Below, one piece after another: positions 48,757 to 58,741 of a DNA stretch of 64,000 nucleotides (positions within the stretch are counted from its first letter, which is position 1; each line of letters opens with the position of its first letter). The stretch is from an uncultured Oscillospiraceae bacterium (GTDB lineage: Bacteria; Bacillota; Clostridia; Oscillospirales; Oscillospiraceae), in contig CALWXL010000003.1 in the NCBI GenBank assembly GCA_944385485.1, forward strand, positions 9,398-73,397, given 5' to 3'. A program made the translations under genes and the position numbers. The notes below the pieces were generated by a model, which saw only the letters and a program-made list of their open reading frames with translations, was not told the origin of the DNA and made no database searches.

Positions 48757-49416
48757 ATGGCACATATCTTGATTGTGGAGGACGAGGAGAACATTGCTCG
48801 CATGATTGCCGCCACCCTGGAGATGGCGGGGTATACCTGTCAGAGCTGCACCAACGGGGCCAATGCCGTGGAGCTGGTGCAGCCGGGGATTTTTGATCTG
48901 GTGCTGCTGGATATCATGCTCCCCGGCATGGACGGATTTCAGGTCATGGAACACCTGCGGGGTGTGGGGGTCCCGGTGATCTTCCTCACCGCCATGCAGC
49001 AGGTGGGGGACAAGGTCCGGGGCCTGCGCCTGGGGGCCGAGGACTACATCACCAAGCCCTTTGAGACCCTGGAGCTGCTGGCCCGGGTGGAAGTGGTGCT
49101 GCGCCGCCGGGGCGGCGGCGTGCGGGTGCTCACCTATGGCCCCATTGTGCAGAACCTGGACAGCCACACCGTCACGTTGGACGGAGAGCTGGTGTCCCTG
49201 GCCCCCAAGGAGTTCGAGCTGCTGCGGGTATTCCTCCAGCACCAGGACCTGGCCTTGAGCCGGGAGCGGCTTTTGTCCATGGTGTGGGGGTATGAGTTTC
49301 AAGGGGAGAGCCGCACCGTGGACATCCACGTCCAGCGGCTGCGCCAGAAGCTGAATCTGGCCCAGAACCTGGTGACCCTCCCCCGCATTGGCTACCGCCT
49401 GGAGAAACGCACATGA
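48757..49416 (+). CDS. OmpR/PhoB family response regulator
   Basis: VEDE, LLDIMLPGMDG, DYITKPF, wHTH RTVDIHVQRLRQKL..IGYRL. Confidence 0.95.
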   Translation: MAHILIVEDEENIARMIAATLEMAGYTCQSCTNGANAVELVQPGIFDLVLLDIMLPGMDGFQVMEHLRGVGVPVIFLTAMQQVGDKVRGLRLGAEDYITKPFETLELLARVEVVLRRRGGGVRVLTYGPIVQNLDSHTVTLDGELVSLAPKEFELLRVFLQHQDLALSRERLLSMVWGYEFQGESRTVDIHVQRLRQKLNLAQNLVTLPRIGYRLEKRT

Positions 49417-50861
49417 AGCTGTGGCAAAAGATTTTTCTCTCCACCCTGGCTCTCATGGTGTCCATCACCGCCCTGTCCTCGGTGCTGCTGCTGCGTTCCA
49501 CCCGGGATGCTCTGTGGCAGCGGGAACACCAGCGGGCGGTGACCCAGCAGCAGTACATGGCGGGCATTCTGAAAGCGGGCATTCTCAACCAGCGGCTGCG
49601 GCTGGGGGTGGTGCTGCTCCAAGAGGACCAGACCCGGGAGGCCGCCATCCAGACCCTGGAGCAACAGGCCCTGGACAACTACCTGGCGGGGCTGATGCTG
49701 CTGGACCACGAGGAAAAAGCGGTGTGGAACCAGCTGCCCGCCGGAGTGTCCCCTCCCTCCCCCAACGACGATACCCTGACCCAGTGTCAGCTCCAGGGGG
49801 GTGAGACCGCCGGGGAGTGGTATCTGGTGTGTTCCATGCCCCTGACCCTGGAGTCGGGGGAGTATCGCCTGGTGGCCGCCTACGCCGTGGGCGACTTGCA
49901 GCAGGAACTGAACCTCCAGGCCCTGCGGGCCGTGGGGCTGAGCTTGGGCATGAGCCTGCTGGCCGCCGTGGGCCTGCTGCTGCTGGTGCGGCGGCTGCTC
50001 AGACCCCTGGGCGCCTTACAGGAGAACGCCCGGTCCATTGCGGAGGGCAACTATGACCAGCGGCTGGACATCCCCACCAGGGACGAGCTGGCCGACCTGG
50101 CCCAGGACATGAACGCCCTGGCCCAGGCCGTCCAAGAGCGGGTGGAGCAGCTGGAGCAGGTGGCGGAAGAGCGGCGGGTCTTTGTGGCCAACCTGGCCCA
50201 CGAGATGAAAACCCCCCTGACCAGCATTATGGGATATGCGGATCTGCTCTATCTCCCCCGGGAGGTATCTGAGGAGCAGCGGGTGGAGTACTCCTGCATC
50301 ATCCTGGACGAGGCCCGGCGGCTGCGCTCTCTGTCTTCCAAGCTGCTGGAGCTTTTGACCGTGGGCAGCGTCAACCTGGCCTTTGTGCCCACTCCCCTGG
50401 ATCAGGTGGTACAGGAGGTGGCGGTGAGCCTGGAGCCGCTGCTGGAACAGGCGGCTCTGACCCTGACCTGCCACTGTCCTCCCCTGCTGCTGAACATGGA
50501 CGTGGAGTTGTTCAAATCCCTGCTCTACAACCTGCTGGACAACGCCCGCAAGGCCAGCCCCACCGGGGGCAAGCTGTCCTTCACCGCCCAGGCGGAGGCC
50601 GGGCAGGCCGTGCTCCACATCCGGGACTGGGGCCAGGGCATCCCCCCCGAAGAGCTGGAGAAAATCTGTCAGCCCTTTTACATGGTGGACAAAAGCCGCA
50701 GCCGCAAGGCCGGGGGCGCTGGTCTGGGTCTGGCCCTGTGCCAGGCTATTGTCACCGCCCACAACGGCACCATGGTCTTTGACAGCCAGCTGGGCGAGGG
50801 CACCCAGGTGACCCTCACCTTCCCTTTGAGCCAGGAGGTGAACCCAAGTGAAGGAGTCTAA
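49413..50861 (+). CDS. HAMP-domain sensor histidine kinase
   Basis: Two TMs, HAMP, AHEMKTPL, NLLDNA, DWGQGI, GAGLGL. Confidence 0.95.
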   Translation: MKLWQKIFLSTLALMVSITALSSVLLLRSTRDALWQREHQRAVTQQQYMAGILKAGILNQRLRLGVVLLQEDQTREAAIQTLEQQALDNYLAGLMLLDHEEKAVWNQLPAGVSPPSPNDDTLTQCQLQGGETAGEWYLVCSMPLTLESGEYRLVAAYAVGDLQQELNLQALRAVGLSLGMSLLAAVGLLLLVRRLLRPLGALQENARSIAEGNYDQRLDIPTRDELADLAQDMNALAQAVQERVEQLEQVAEERRVFVANLAHEMKTPLTSIMGYADLLYLPREVSEEQRVEYSCIILDEARRLRSLSSKLLELLTVGSVNLAFVPTPLDQVVQEVAVSLEPLLEQAALTLTCHCPPLLLNMDVELFKSLLYNLLDNARKASPTGGKLSFTAQAEAGQAVLHIRDWGQGIPPEELEKICQPFYMVDKSRSRKAGGAGLGLALCQAIVTAHNGTMVFDSQLGEGTQVTLTFPLSQEVNPSEGV

Positions 50862-51804
50862 GCGGTCCTTCTGGCCCTTTGCCCTTTTGGCCGCACTCAT
50901 CCTGTTGGCGGGGGGCACAGCGGCCACTCTGGCCGCCCGGCTGGTGGTGTCCCCCCAGACCAGCCAGACCTCGGAGGTGGACACCCCCATCATCCCCTCG
51001 GTGGTGGGCCAGAGTGTGGACGAGGTGGTGTTCTACCCCTGGAACTTCTACGACCCGGACACCTTCACCTCTCAACTTTTGGGGGATGATCGGGGGCTCA
51101 CCGACTGGTATACCCATCATCTGATGGATGGAGCGTTGGCGTTGCTGGGGTTATCCTTGGAGCCCTTTGACATTCAGGATGCCCTGATGGACGATAACGT
51201 GTGCTACTGGAAGGACCGTCCGGCCGTCACCACGGACGGGCAATCGGTGCTGCTGGACGTGGCCTATGGAAAAGATAGCCGGGATCTGGGCATGACCTGG
51301 GTGGCCCGCTCCACCGGAGAGCTGCCCAACCGCGTGCAGAAGGAGGACGCTCTGGACAAGGTGCGTCAGGATGTGTGCGATCTGTTCTCCCCACAGGGGG
51401 AGCAGGGGGATTTGAGCCAGATGCTCCTGACCCTGTACGACTATTTGTACCAATATTCCTATTCCTTTCCCACGGTCTCCGAATTTCCGGGCGCAGACCT
51501 GAACGGGGCCCCCCGAGAGTGGTATGCCTTTGGGGTCATGGATATGGTCTATGGCCCGGTGTCCTCCATTGCCGCCACAGATTGGCTCCAGAGTGGGCAG
51601 ACCACCCAGCAGCAGCTGGATACCCTGTCCACCGCCGCCCAGGATCTGGACTACCACATCCAGCTGGTGACCACCCAGCGGCAGGTGGTGGTGGTGCTCA
51701 CCCAGTCCTTTCCCAGCTCAGGTGAGTGGTACTCGTTGGCGGTGTACTACGACGTGGGACTGGGCCAGTACAGCGGCCTGGTGCTCAACAGCCACATCAA
51801 TTAG
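50848..51804 (+). CDS. Hypothetical membrane-anchored protein (paralog 1)
   Basis: GTG start with AGGAGG inside the kinase 3' end; N-terminal TM; homologous to the downstream gene. Confidence 0.75.
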   Translation: MKESKRSFWPFALLAALILLAGGTAATLAARLVVSPQTSQTSEVDTPIIPSVVGQSVDEVVFYPWNFYDPDTFTSQLLGDDRGLTDWYTHHLMDGALALLGLSLEPFDIQDALMDDNVCYWKDRPAVTTDGQSVLLDVAYGKDSRDLGMTWVARSTGELPNRVQKEDALDKVRQDVCDLFSPQGEQGDLSQMLLTLYDYLYQYSYSFPTVSEFPGADLNGAPREWYAFGVMDMVYGPVSSIAATDWLQSGQTTQQQLDTLSTAAQDLDYHIQLVTTQRQVVVVLTQSFPSSGEWYSLAVYYDVGLGQYSGLVLNSHIN

Positions 51805-51839
51805 AACCCCGCTGACGGGGAACACGGAGGTACATACCC

Positions 51840-52683
51840 ATGCATGAAACCAAACACGACCCCTGGCCCTTTATGGTGCTGGCGGTACTCATCTTATTGG
51901 TGGTGGCCGCAGCGCTGTTCCTGGCCGCCCGGCTGACGGTGGCACCCCGGCCCGGGGAGACGGTGGAGGTGGACACCAACTCCCTCCCCGCCGCCATGAG
52001 CGACCCCGTAGACGAGGTGATGTTCTACCCCTGGGACACCTACACCCCGGATATGGTACAGGGCTTCTTGCGCCCTGACCACACGGAGGAATACCGGGCC
52101 TGGCATACAGAAAATCTGGTTTCCGTCCCCCAAGTTCTGGGCTTTTCCGGTATGGAGGCCTCGGCAGACCGGGAACAGGCGGGGTATCACCTGGGCTTTT
52201 GGACCGACTGCCCGGTGACAGCCAAAAACGGCCAGCCTGCCCTGCTGGATGTGGCCTTTGGCCGGGATGATGTAAACTTCGGCATGACCTGGGTGGCCCG
52301 CTCCACCGGGGACCTGCCCACCCAGGCCCAGCAGGAGGCCGCCGTGACCCAGGTGACGGAAGACATCCAGCAGGAGTTTTTGGGCACCGGGAGTGCAGAG
52401 GAGCCTGCCCTGGGTACCATGCTGCAAGATGTCCTGGTGTGTCTGCTCAACTCCTCCCAGGCGGATGATGTGACCGGCTTTCCCTGGTTCGCCCAGAAAT
52501 ACCTGTCGGATATGACCCTGGTGTTCCGGGACCTGTATCGCACCATGATAGGCCAGCCGTTCCGGGTGGTTCTCAATCCCCTGGAGGACATCCGCACCGA
52601 GGCCCAGGCCCTGGGACTGACCATCCAGCTGGTGGAAGGCCAGCGGCGTGGTCATCAACGCCATCCAGGACAACGGCAAGTAA
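51840..52683 (+). pseudogene. Paralog 2 with a frameshifting C-terminal deletion (ORF reads through to 52745)
   Basis: Shares VDEV.FYPW, LLDVA.G, GMTWVARSTG.LP and IQLV with paralog 1. The ancestral end (S)GVVINAIQDNGK* lies in a shifted frame after cagcggc at 52641. Confidence 0.65.
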
Positions 52684-52688
52684 AATCC

Positions 52689-52708
52689 TTACAACTTCGA
52701 TACAACTT
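52689..52708 (+). promoter_or_regulatory. OmpR-type tandem operator (copy 2)
   Basis: TTACAACTTCGATACAACTT upstream of the C39-like peptidase. Confidence 0.7.
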
Positions 52709-52773
52709 TATGTGGGACATCTTGCCCCCTTGGGATGGAACATAGAGTCACTCCAACCCAAGGGGGCCCTTGT

Positions 52774-53532
52774 ATGAGAAGAAAGAGAACGCGCCACATC
52801 CATTACCTGCCTGCCCTGTGCATTGGCGTGTGTGCCCTGCTGTTTGTGCTGGCCCTGGGGCTGCTGCTCCAGCGGTGCTGCGCCCCGAATGCGCCAGAGG
52901 AACTCCCCAAGGAACAGATCGCCCTGCTGGACGACGGCCGGGACGTGACCATGCAATTTCAGAATCCCCAGCTGCCCAATGGCTGCGAGGTCACCAGCCT
53001 TTCCATGCTTCTGGACTGGGCGGGCTACAGTGTGGACAAGATGGCGCTCTATGAGGGATATCTCCCCCGGCAGGACTTCACTGACACCCTGGACGGGGAT
53101 CTGGTAGGCGGAGACCCGGAACAGGTCTATGTGGGGGACGCCACCTCAGAACTGGGGGGCTGGTACTGTTTTGAAGGGCCCATTGTGGAGGCGGGCAACG
53201 CCTACCTCCAGGACCAGGGCAGCTCCTGGCAGGTGGAAGCAGTGTCCGGGCTGTCCCAGTATCAGCTCAATGGGTATTTGGAGGCAAACACCCCCGTCAT
53301 CGTCTGGGTGACCCTGGACTACACCCCGCCCGTGGATCGTCTCCGCAACTGGTACTTACCCGACGGCACCTTTTATCAGCCCCTGTCCAACCTCCACTGC
53401 GTGGTGGTGGAGTGGAACCAAGACGGCTACCTCACTGCCGACCCCTTGAAGGGCTGGCAGTGGGTGGAGGAGTCCTCCTTCTGGGACACCTTTGAGGCCA
53501 TGGGCTGCCGGGCAGTGATAATTAATGAATAA
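52774..53532 (+). CDS. Membrane-anchored C39-like cysteine peptidase
   Basis: Q.PQLPNGCEVTSLSM, GDP..YVGD, PVIVWVT, HCVVV, ADPLKG (Cys/His/Asp). Confidence 0.88.
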   Translation: MRRKRTRHIHYLPALCIGVCALLFVLALGLLLQRCCAPNAPEELPKEQIALLDDGRDVTMQFQNPQLPNGCEVTSLSMLLDWAGYSVDKMALYEGYLPRQDFTDTLDGDLVGGDPEQVYVGDATSELGGWYCFEGPIVEAGNAYLQDQGSSWQVEAVSGLSQYQLNGYLEANTPVIVWVTLDYTPPVDRLRNWYLPDGTFYQPLSNLHCVVVEWNQDGYLTADPLKGWQWVEESSFWDTFEAMGCRAVIINE

Positions 53533-53569
53533 TGATGAATGCAGGCCCTAAAGGCTGCACAAGACCATT

Positions 53570-53807
53570 GGCTCCCCTGTGTAAGGGGAGCTGTCAGCAT
53601 TATGGGGCCCCCGCCAAAGCCCAGCACAAGCGGGTTTGGTGGGGGGAGGAGGTGCGACGGCGTGAGCGAGACTTGCCCCGCCTCTCAGGGGCGAGGCGAG
53701 AGATACACAGTCTGCACCGACGAGACTGAGGGGTTGACAGCTATCAGGTAACGGACAATCCCTCCGTCATGGCTACGCCATGCCACCTCCCTTTACACAA
53801 GGGAGGC
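53570..53807. repeat. REP-like pair, family B copy 2, with ~125-bp insert in the loop
   Basis: ggctcccctgtgtaaggggagctgtcagc-[insert]-gactgaggggttg ... aatccctccgtca..gccacctccctttacacaagggaggc. Confidence 0.88.
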
Positions 53808-53821
53808 GATTGCTTTGGCAA

Positions 53822-53865
53822 ACAAAAAAGATGGAAGCAACCCAAAGGGCTGCTTCCATCTTTGT
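53822..53865 (-). terminator. pepF terminator (likely bidirectional)
   Basis: aaagatggaagca/tgcttccatcttt. Confidence 0.8.
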
Positions 53866-53888
53866 ATGTTTGAGAAAATTGGGGAGCA

Positions 53889-55694
53889 TTACTCCTCCAT
53901 GAGCTTCTCCATCTCGTCCAGCAGGGTGCCGAACAGATCCAGAGCGTCCTGGATGGGGGCGGGAGAGGACATGTCCACACCGGCGCCTTTGAGCAGGTCG
54001 ATGGGGTCCTTGGAGCAGCCACCGGACAGGAAGCCCAGGTAGTCCTCCACAGCTCCCTCCTCGCCCTTCAGGATGCGGCGGGACAGGGCAATGGCGGCGG
54101 AGTAGCCGGTGGCGTACTGGTACACATAGTAGTTGTAGTAGAAGTGGGGGATGCGGGCCCACTCCAGAGCGATCTCGTCGTCAGAGACCATGTCGGGGCC
54201 GTAGTACTTCTCGTTGAGAGCCTTGTACTCAGCGCTGAGCAGGTCGGCGGTGAGAGGCTCACCCTGGGCGCACAGCTGGCCCATGCGCAGCTCGAACTCG
54301 GCAAACATGGTCTGGCGGTACAGGGTGCCCTTGAACTGCTCCAGGAAGTGGTTGATGAGGGCGGCCCGTTCCCGCTTGTCGGTGGTGCGCTGGAGCAAAT
54401 ACTCCATGAGCAGAGCCTCATTGCAGGTGGAGGCCACCTCGGCCACGAAGATCACATAGTCCCGGTACACCGGCTCCTGGGTGCGGTTGGACAGGTAGGA
54501 GTGGGCGGCGTGACCCATCTCGTGGGCCAGGGTGAACATGCTCTCCAGGTTGTCCTTGTGGTTTAAGAGCACGTAGGGGTGGCACAGAGCGCCGGCGGAG
54601 TAGGCGCCGGCACGCTTGCCCACGTTCTCCCGCACGTCGATCCAGCGGTTGGCAAAGCCCTCCCGGATGATATCCCGGTACTTCTCCCCCATGGGGGCCA
54701 GGGCCTCCAACACGGTGTCCTTGGCCTCGCCATAGGAGATGACCTTCTCCCCGCCGGACACCATGGGGGCGTAGATGTCGTACATGTGCAGCTCGTCCAC
54801 ACCCAGTAGCTTCTTGCGCAGGCGGATGTAGCGGTGCATCTTATCCAGGTTGGCATTCACCGTCTTGATGAGATTGTGGTACACGCTCTCGGGCACTCGG
54901 GTGCCAGCCACGGCAGCGGCCAGAGCGGAGGGGTACTTGCGGGCGTTGGCGTAGAACTGGCGCTGCTTGGCCTCGGCGTTCAAGGTGGCGGCGGCGGTGT
55001 TGCGCACACTGCCATACACCCCGTAGAAGGTCTCAAAGGCGTTTTTCCGCAGCACCCGGTCCTCGCTCATCTGGGTGGGCACGAAAGCCCCGTTGGACAG
55101 AGGTACTTCGTTGCCCTCGCCGTCGGTGGCAGAGGGGAAGGTGAGGTCGGCGTCGGTGAGCTTGCCGAAAATATCCTCGGGAGCACGGGCCAGATCTCCC
55201 ACGGCAGCCAGCAGCTTCTCCTCGGCGTCGGAGAGGACATGGGCCTTCTGGTCCTGGATGATGGTCAGGTAGCGGCGGTACAGCTCCAGGCCCGGCTCCT
55301 CCTTCATAAAGCGCTCCAGCTTGTCCGCATCCATGGAGAGAATTTCAGGGGTCTCAAAGGAGATGGCCCCGTTGACCTCCACGGCCAGAGAGCTGATCTT
55401 GCCCCCCATGGCCTGATACTGGGACACACGAGTGTCCTCATCTCCCTTGCGGAAGGCGTAATTGGCCAGGTTGAGCAGAAGAACGGAAGCCTCCTGAACC
55501 AGGGTGAAGTACTCCAGCAGAGTGGCGCCGCTCTCCCCCAGCCGACCGGCGTAGGCGGACAGCTTGGCGGGATAGGTCTGGGCCACCTCAAACTCCGCCT
55601 GCCAAGCGGCGTCGTCGGCGTATAAATCGGTGAGGTTCCAGGTCTCCTCCACGGGGATCTGGTCACGCTGGGGAATGGCATTTACTTGGGACAT
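53889..55694 (-). CDS. pepF: Oligoendopeptidase F (M3B)
   Basis: WNLTDLY, WID..GKRAGAYS, HEMGH, FVAEVAS, WARIPHFY..YVYQYATG. Confidence 0.95.
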   Translation of the reverse strand: MSQVNAIPQRDQIPVEETWNLTDLYADDAAWQAEFEVAQTYPAKLSAYAGRLGESGATLLEYFTLVQEASVLLLNLANYAFRKGDEDTRVSQYQAMGGKISSLAVEVNGAISFETPEILSMDADKLERFMKEEPGLELYRRYLTIIQDQKAHVLSDAEEKLLAAVGDLARAPEDIFGKLTDADLTFPSATDGEGNEVPLSNGAFVPTQMSEDRVLRKNAFETFYGVYGSVRNTAAATLNAEAKQRQFYANARKYPSALAAAVAGTRVPESVYHNLIKTVNANLDKMHRYIRLRKKLLGVDELHMYDIYAPMVSGGEKVISYGEAKDTVLEALAPMGEKYRDIIREGFANRWIDVRENVGKRAGAYSAGALCHPYVLLNHKDNLESMFTLAHEMGHAAHSYLSNRTQEPVYRDYVIFVAEVASTCNEALLMEYLLQRTTDKRERAALINHFLEQFKGTLYRQTMFAEFELRMGQLCAQGEPLTADLLSAEYKALNEKYYGPDMVSDDEIALEWARIPHFYYNYYVYQYATGYSAAIALSRRILKGEEGAVEDYLGFLSGGCSKDPIDLLKGAGVDMSSPAPIQDALDLFGTLLDEMEKLMEE

Positions 55695-55732
55695 GGAAAT
55701 TTCCTCCTTAGCATGTCAGTTAGATAAAGAAA

Positions 55733-56566
55733 TCATAGCACATAGCTGGGATTCTTGCAACCCTCCCGGCGAAACACGTGCACCCGGAAGTCCGCCGTCA
55801 CGGTGAGCTGCTCCAGGGCTTTCAGCCGCTCCACCCCCGCCTTGGGGGTTTTCCAGGCGTAGGGGGTCATGCCAAACAGGGCCTGGATGAGGGGCTGGCT
55901 GTCCAGGGTGAAGATGGTGGTCACAGGAAGGATATCCACATAGGAGAACCCTTCATACTCCACCCGTTCCTCGGGGTTGGGGTAGGGGGTGTCGTAGAGC
56001 ACCCCTTTCATCTCCATGAGGTGCATGGGGGCGGGCACCACATACACAAACAGCCCACCGGGGGTGAGCACCCGGCGGTATTCCTCCAGGGCCAGGGGTG
56101 CAAAGCAGTCCACCACCACGTCCACGGCGTGGTCTTCCACCGGCAGGTGGTACACCGAGGCCACGGCAAACTCCCCCTCTTTCACCCGCCGGGCCGCCTT
56201 TTTCAGACCCGCCTTGGACAAGTCCACCCCGGCAATCTGAGCCCCGGGCAGCTGGGCCAGGCCCTGGGTGTAGTACCCTTCTCCACACCCCACGTCCAGG
56301 ATTTTGGGGCTCTGTCCCCCATGAGCGGACACAACCCGGCAAAGGGTCTCCCGCAGAGAGGCATAGAAGTCCCCGTCCAGGAAGGCGGTGCGGGCGGCGA
56401 TCATGGCTTTGTCGTCACCGGGGTTGGCGGAGTGCTTTTGGTTTGCCGGGAGCAGGTGGACGTAGCCCTCTTTGGCCACGTCGTAGCTGTGGCGGTTGGG
56501 GCAGGTGTAGGTGCGGCCCTCCCGGATCAAGGGAGCGGCACAGATGGGGCAGCGAAACAGGCTCAT
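55733..56566 (-). CDS. rlmA: 23S rRNA m1G745/748 methyltransferase, RlmA-like
   Basis: CPIC..C..HSYD Zn finger, GDDKAMI.AR, LDVGCGEGYY, MTPY. Confidence 0.88.
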   Translation of the reverse strand: MSLFRCPICAAPLIREGRTYTCPNRHSYDVAKEGYVHLLPANQKHSANPGDDKAMIAARTAFLDGDFYASLRETLCRVVSAHGGQSPKILDVGCGEGYYTQGLAQLPGAQIAGVDLSKAGLKKAARRVKEGEFAVASVYHLPVEDHAVDVVVDCFAPLALEEYRRVLTPGGLFVYVVPAPMHLMEMKGVLYDTPYPNPEERVEYEGFSYVDILPVTTIFTLDSQPLIQALFGMTPYAWKTPKAGVERLKALEQLTVTADFRVHVFRREGCKNPSYVL

Positions 56567-56649
56567 GACAATTCTTCCTTTTGGTGGTTTGTTTTCTCTA
56601 TCTTATCCAAAATTACGGCAAAAGGCAAGGCCCGTAGGGCTGATGGAGA

Positions 56650-56795
56650 GGGCTTGCTCTCCTCCGATTTCTCAGGCAGAAACCAGCGCCCCCGCCGGGG
56701 ACGCTCCGCTGGGGTAACTTTCTGACTGGGCAGAAAGTCACCAAAGACCCACCAAAGGCGGGGCCTTCCCCCGCCTTGTGGAATCCACCCCGCGG
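56650..56795. repeat. Palindromic repeat family C copy 2 (structured sequence continues to ~57060)
   Basis: Aligns with 32935-33082; further GC-rich hairpins downstream. Confidence 0.78.
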
Positions 56796-57112
56796 TACTG
56801 GGTGCCCCTGCGTCCTCCTCTTTTCGGCCCTTGGCCCGGTAGGGTCACATAGACGGCATGGAGATTCTACCGAAAGTATCTGCTTCTCTGTGTGGTTGTC
56901 CTTCTACCGTCAGGGCCTTACCCTGGCATGCAACTGTTCCCAGTTGCCGAGGGCCTGGCTTCCGGCGGCGGGAACGCCGCTTCCCCAGGATAGGCCCGGA
57001 CATGGAAACCGTCCAGGCATAGGGCCAGCTGCCCAGGGTGGCCTGGTGTGGTGGCAGTAAAAGGGATATAAAAACCGCCGGAGAGACGTAAAAACATCTC
57101 CCCGGCGGGATG

Positions 57113-58741
57113 TTACTTCACGCGGAATGTCTTGGGCGCCCGGCGCAGCACCAGAATCAGCATTACCACCGAGTAGATCACCGTCACCCCGAACACCAGC
57201 AGGGCAAACCAGGTGGGGGTGCTCTTGACCTGCAAGGCGGCGTAGCACACCACATACATGGCAAAGTTCAAAATCTTGAACATGGGGTTTTTGGTGTCCA
57301 GATCCGAAGTGTACGGCTGGAACAGGTAGTACATGGCCAGGGAGTGGGTGGCAAAAAACACCCCCAGGGACAAAAGGGCCAGCAAAAACAGGATAAACTC
57401 CCCCATGGGCGGCCGTCCCCCCGCCAGAAGGGTGAGGAGGATGAACATGACGCACGCTGCCCCGCTCAGCAGCAGGTTTACCCCGCACAGCATCCGCCAA
57501 CGCAGGAAGAAGTTCTTCAAAATGGCGTCCCGCTCCCGGTACCAGCCGTAGCGCAGCAGGGCCAGGTCGCAGTTGTAGAACATGGCCTTACAGATGCGCT
57601 CTCCCACCGTATTGTCCATAAGATAGAGCAAAAATACGCACATGGGCAACGCCCGGGTCACCAAGGAGAACACCTCCACCAGTTCTGCGCCCTCCCCTTG
57701 TACCATAAACCAGAGGATGCCGCCACATCCCAGCACCGTCACCCCGCCCAAAATGGCCAGGACCACATAGAAGGGCTTGAGGAGCATCCGGCGGTGGCGA
57801 CGGAAGAAGATGGCCTGGAGGTACTTCCAGCCGTGGAGGCCGGAGAAGTCCGCTTTGGTGTCCAAATCGCTGTCTCGCAGTTTCACCTGCTCAAACTGTG
57901 CGCTGTTGGCCTTCTTTTGGGCCTCTGCACCGGGGAGTCTGTCCCGTCGGCAGGTCTCTAAAATCAACTCATAGTGGTGAGGATAGCGGGAAATGGCCCG
58001 GGCACACACGCAGCCCAAGGCCACCAGCAAGGTTACCGTGGCCGGATAGAGCAGATATTGGGCCAGGTCGGGCACCAGTCCAAAGGGCATAGGCCCATAG
58101 GCCGCCGCCATACACAGCACCACCAGAACGATGATGTAAATGCCGTTGGCACCGGGCAAACGGTGGAACTTGGCGTACAGCTCCAGGTGGAACCACTCCG
58201 CTATCACACGCACCCCGGCCAGAGCCAGAGACAGCATCAGACCCCAGAACACCCCCGCTCCCGTGAGCCCAGCCCACAGCAGCAGGAAGGGGGTAAATCC
58301 GGCAAAGGCCGCCAAATGGTGGGTAAGCATCTCGGTTTCCTGGTACTCGGTGGCGTCCATGCCCATCTGGCGCACACAGGTATATTTCAGCGGGGAGGCC
58401 TCCATGGACACAGGCTGAATCATGGTGCCCGCCACAAAGCTGAGCCAGAAGAAAATCCACACCGACACCCCAAAGCTGTCCGGGGAGAGAATCTTCATGT
58501 CCGACATGGCCAGCGGCACCAGCCAGATCAGGCCCAGATACAAGGCCTTCCCCAGCAGCGCCCGCACCACCCGGTAGATGGACACCATCATGGACAGGGC
58601 CAGCTTGCCATCCTCCACGGCGTAGAGCTTGTCGGTGAACACCTGGTTGAGCAGCTTGATGCGGGTCAACCAGTAGATGAGCTGATTGCCCGCCAGAGCC
58701 GAGCGGATGCGGTAGAGGAGAAAGATGTTTTTCACCTTCAC
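57113..58741 (-). CDS. Multi-TM membrane protein, probable ABC exporter permease
   Basis: About 12 hydrophobic segments; translationally coupled to the ATPase. Confidence 0.8.
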   Translation of the reverse strand: MKVKNIFLLYRIRSALAGNQLIYWLTRIKLLNQVFTDKLYAVEDGKLALSMMVSIYRVVRALLGKALYLGLIWLVPLAMSDMKILSPDSFGVSVWIFFWLSFVAGTMIQPVSMEASPLKYTCVRQMGMDATEYQETEMLTHHLAAFAGFTPFLLLWAGLTGAGVFWGLMLSLALAGVRVIAEWFHLELYAKFHRLPGANGIYIIVLVVLCMAAAYGPMPFGLVPDLAQYLLYPATVTLLVALGCVCARAISRYPHHYELILETCRRDRLPGAEAQKKANSAQFEQVKLRDSDLDTKADFSGLHGWKYLQAIFFRRHRRMLLKPFYVVLAILGGVTVLGCGGILWFMVQGEGAELVEVFSLVTRALPMCVFLLYLMDNTVGERICKAMFYNCDLALLRYGWYRERDAILKNFFLRWRMLCGVNLLLSGAACVMFILLTLLAGGRPPMGEFILFLLALLSLGVFFATHSLAMYYLFQPYTSDLDTKNPMFKILNFAMYVVCYAALQVKSTPTWFALLVFGVTVIYSVVMLILVLRRAPKTFRVK

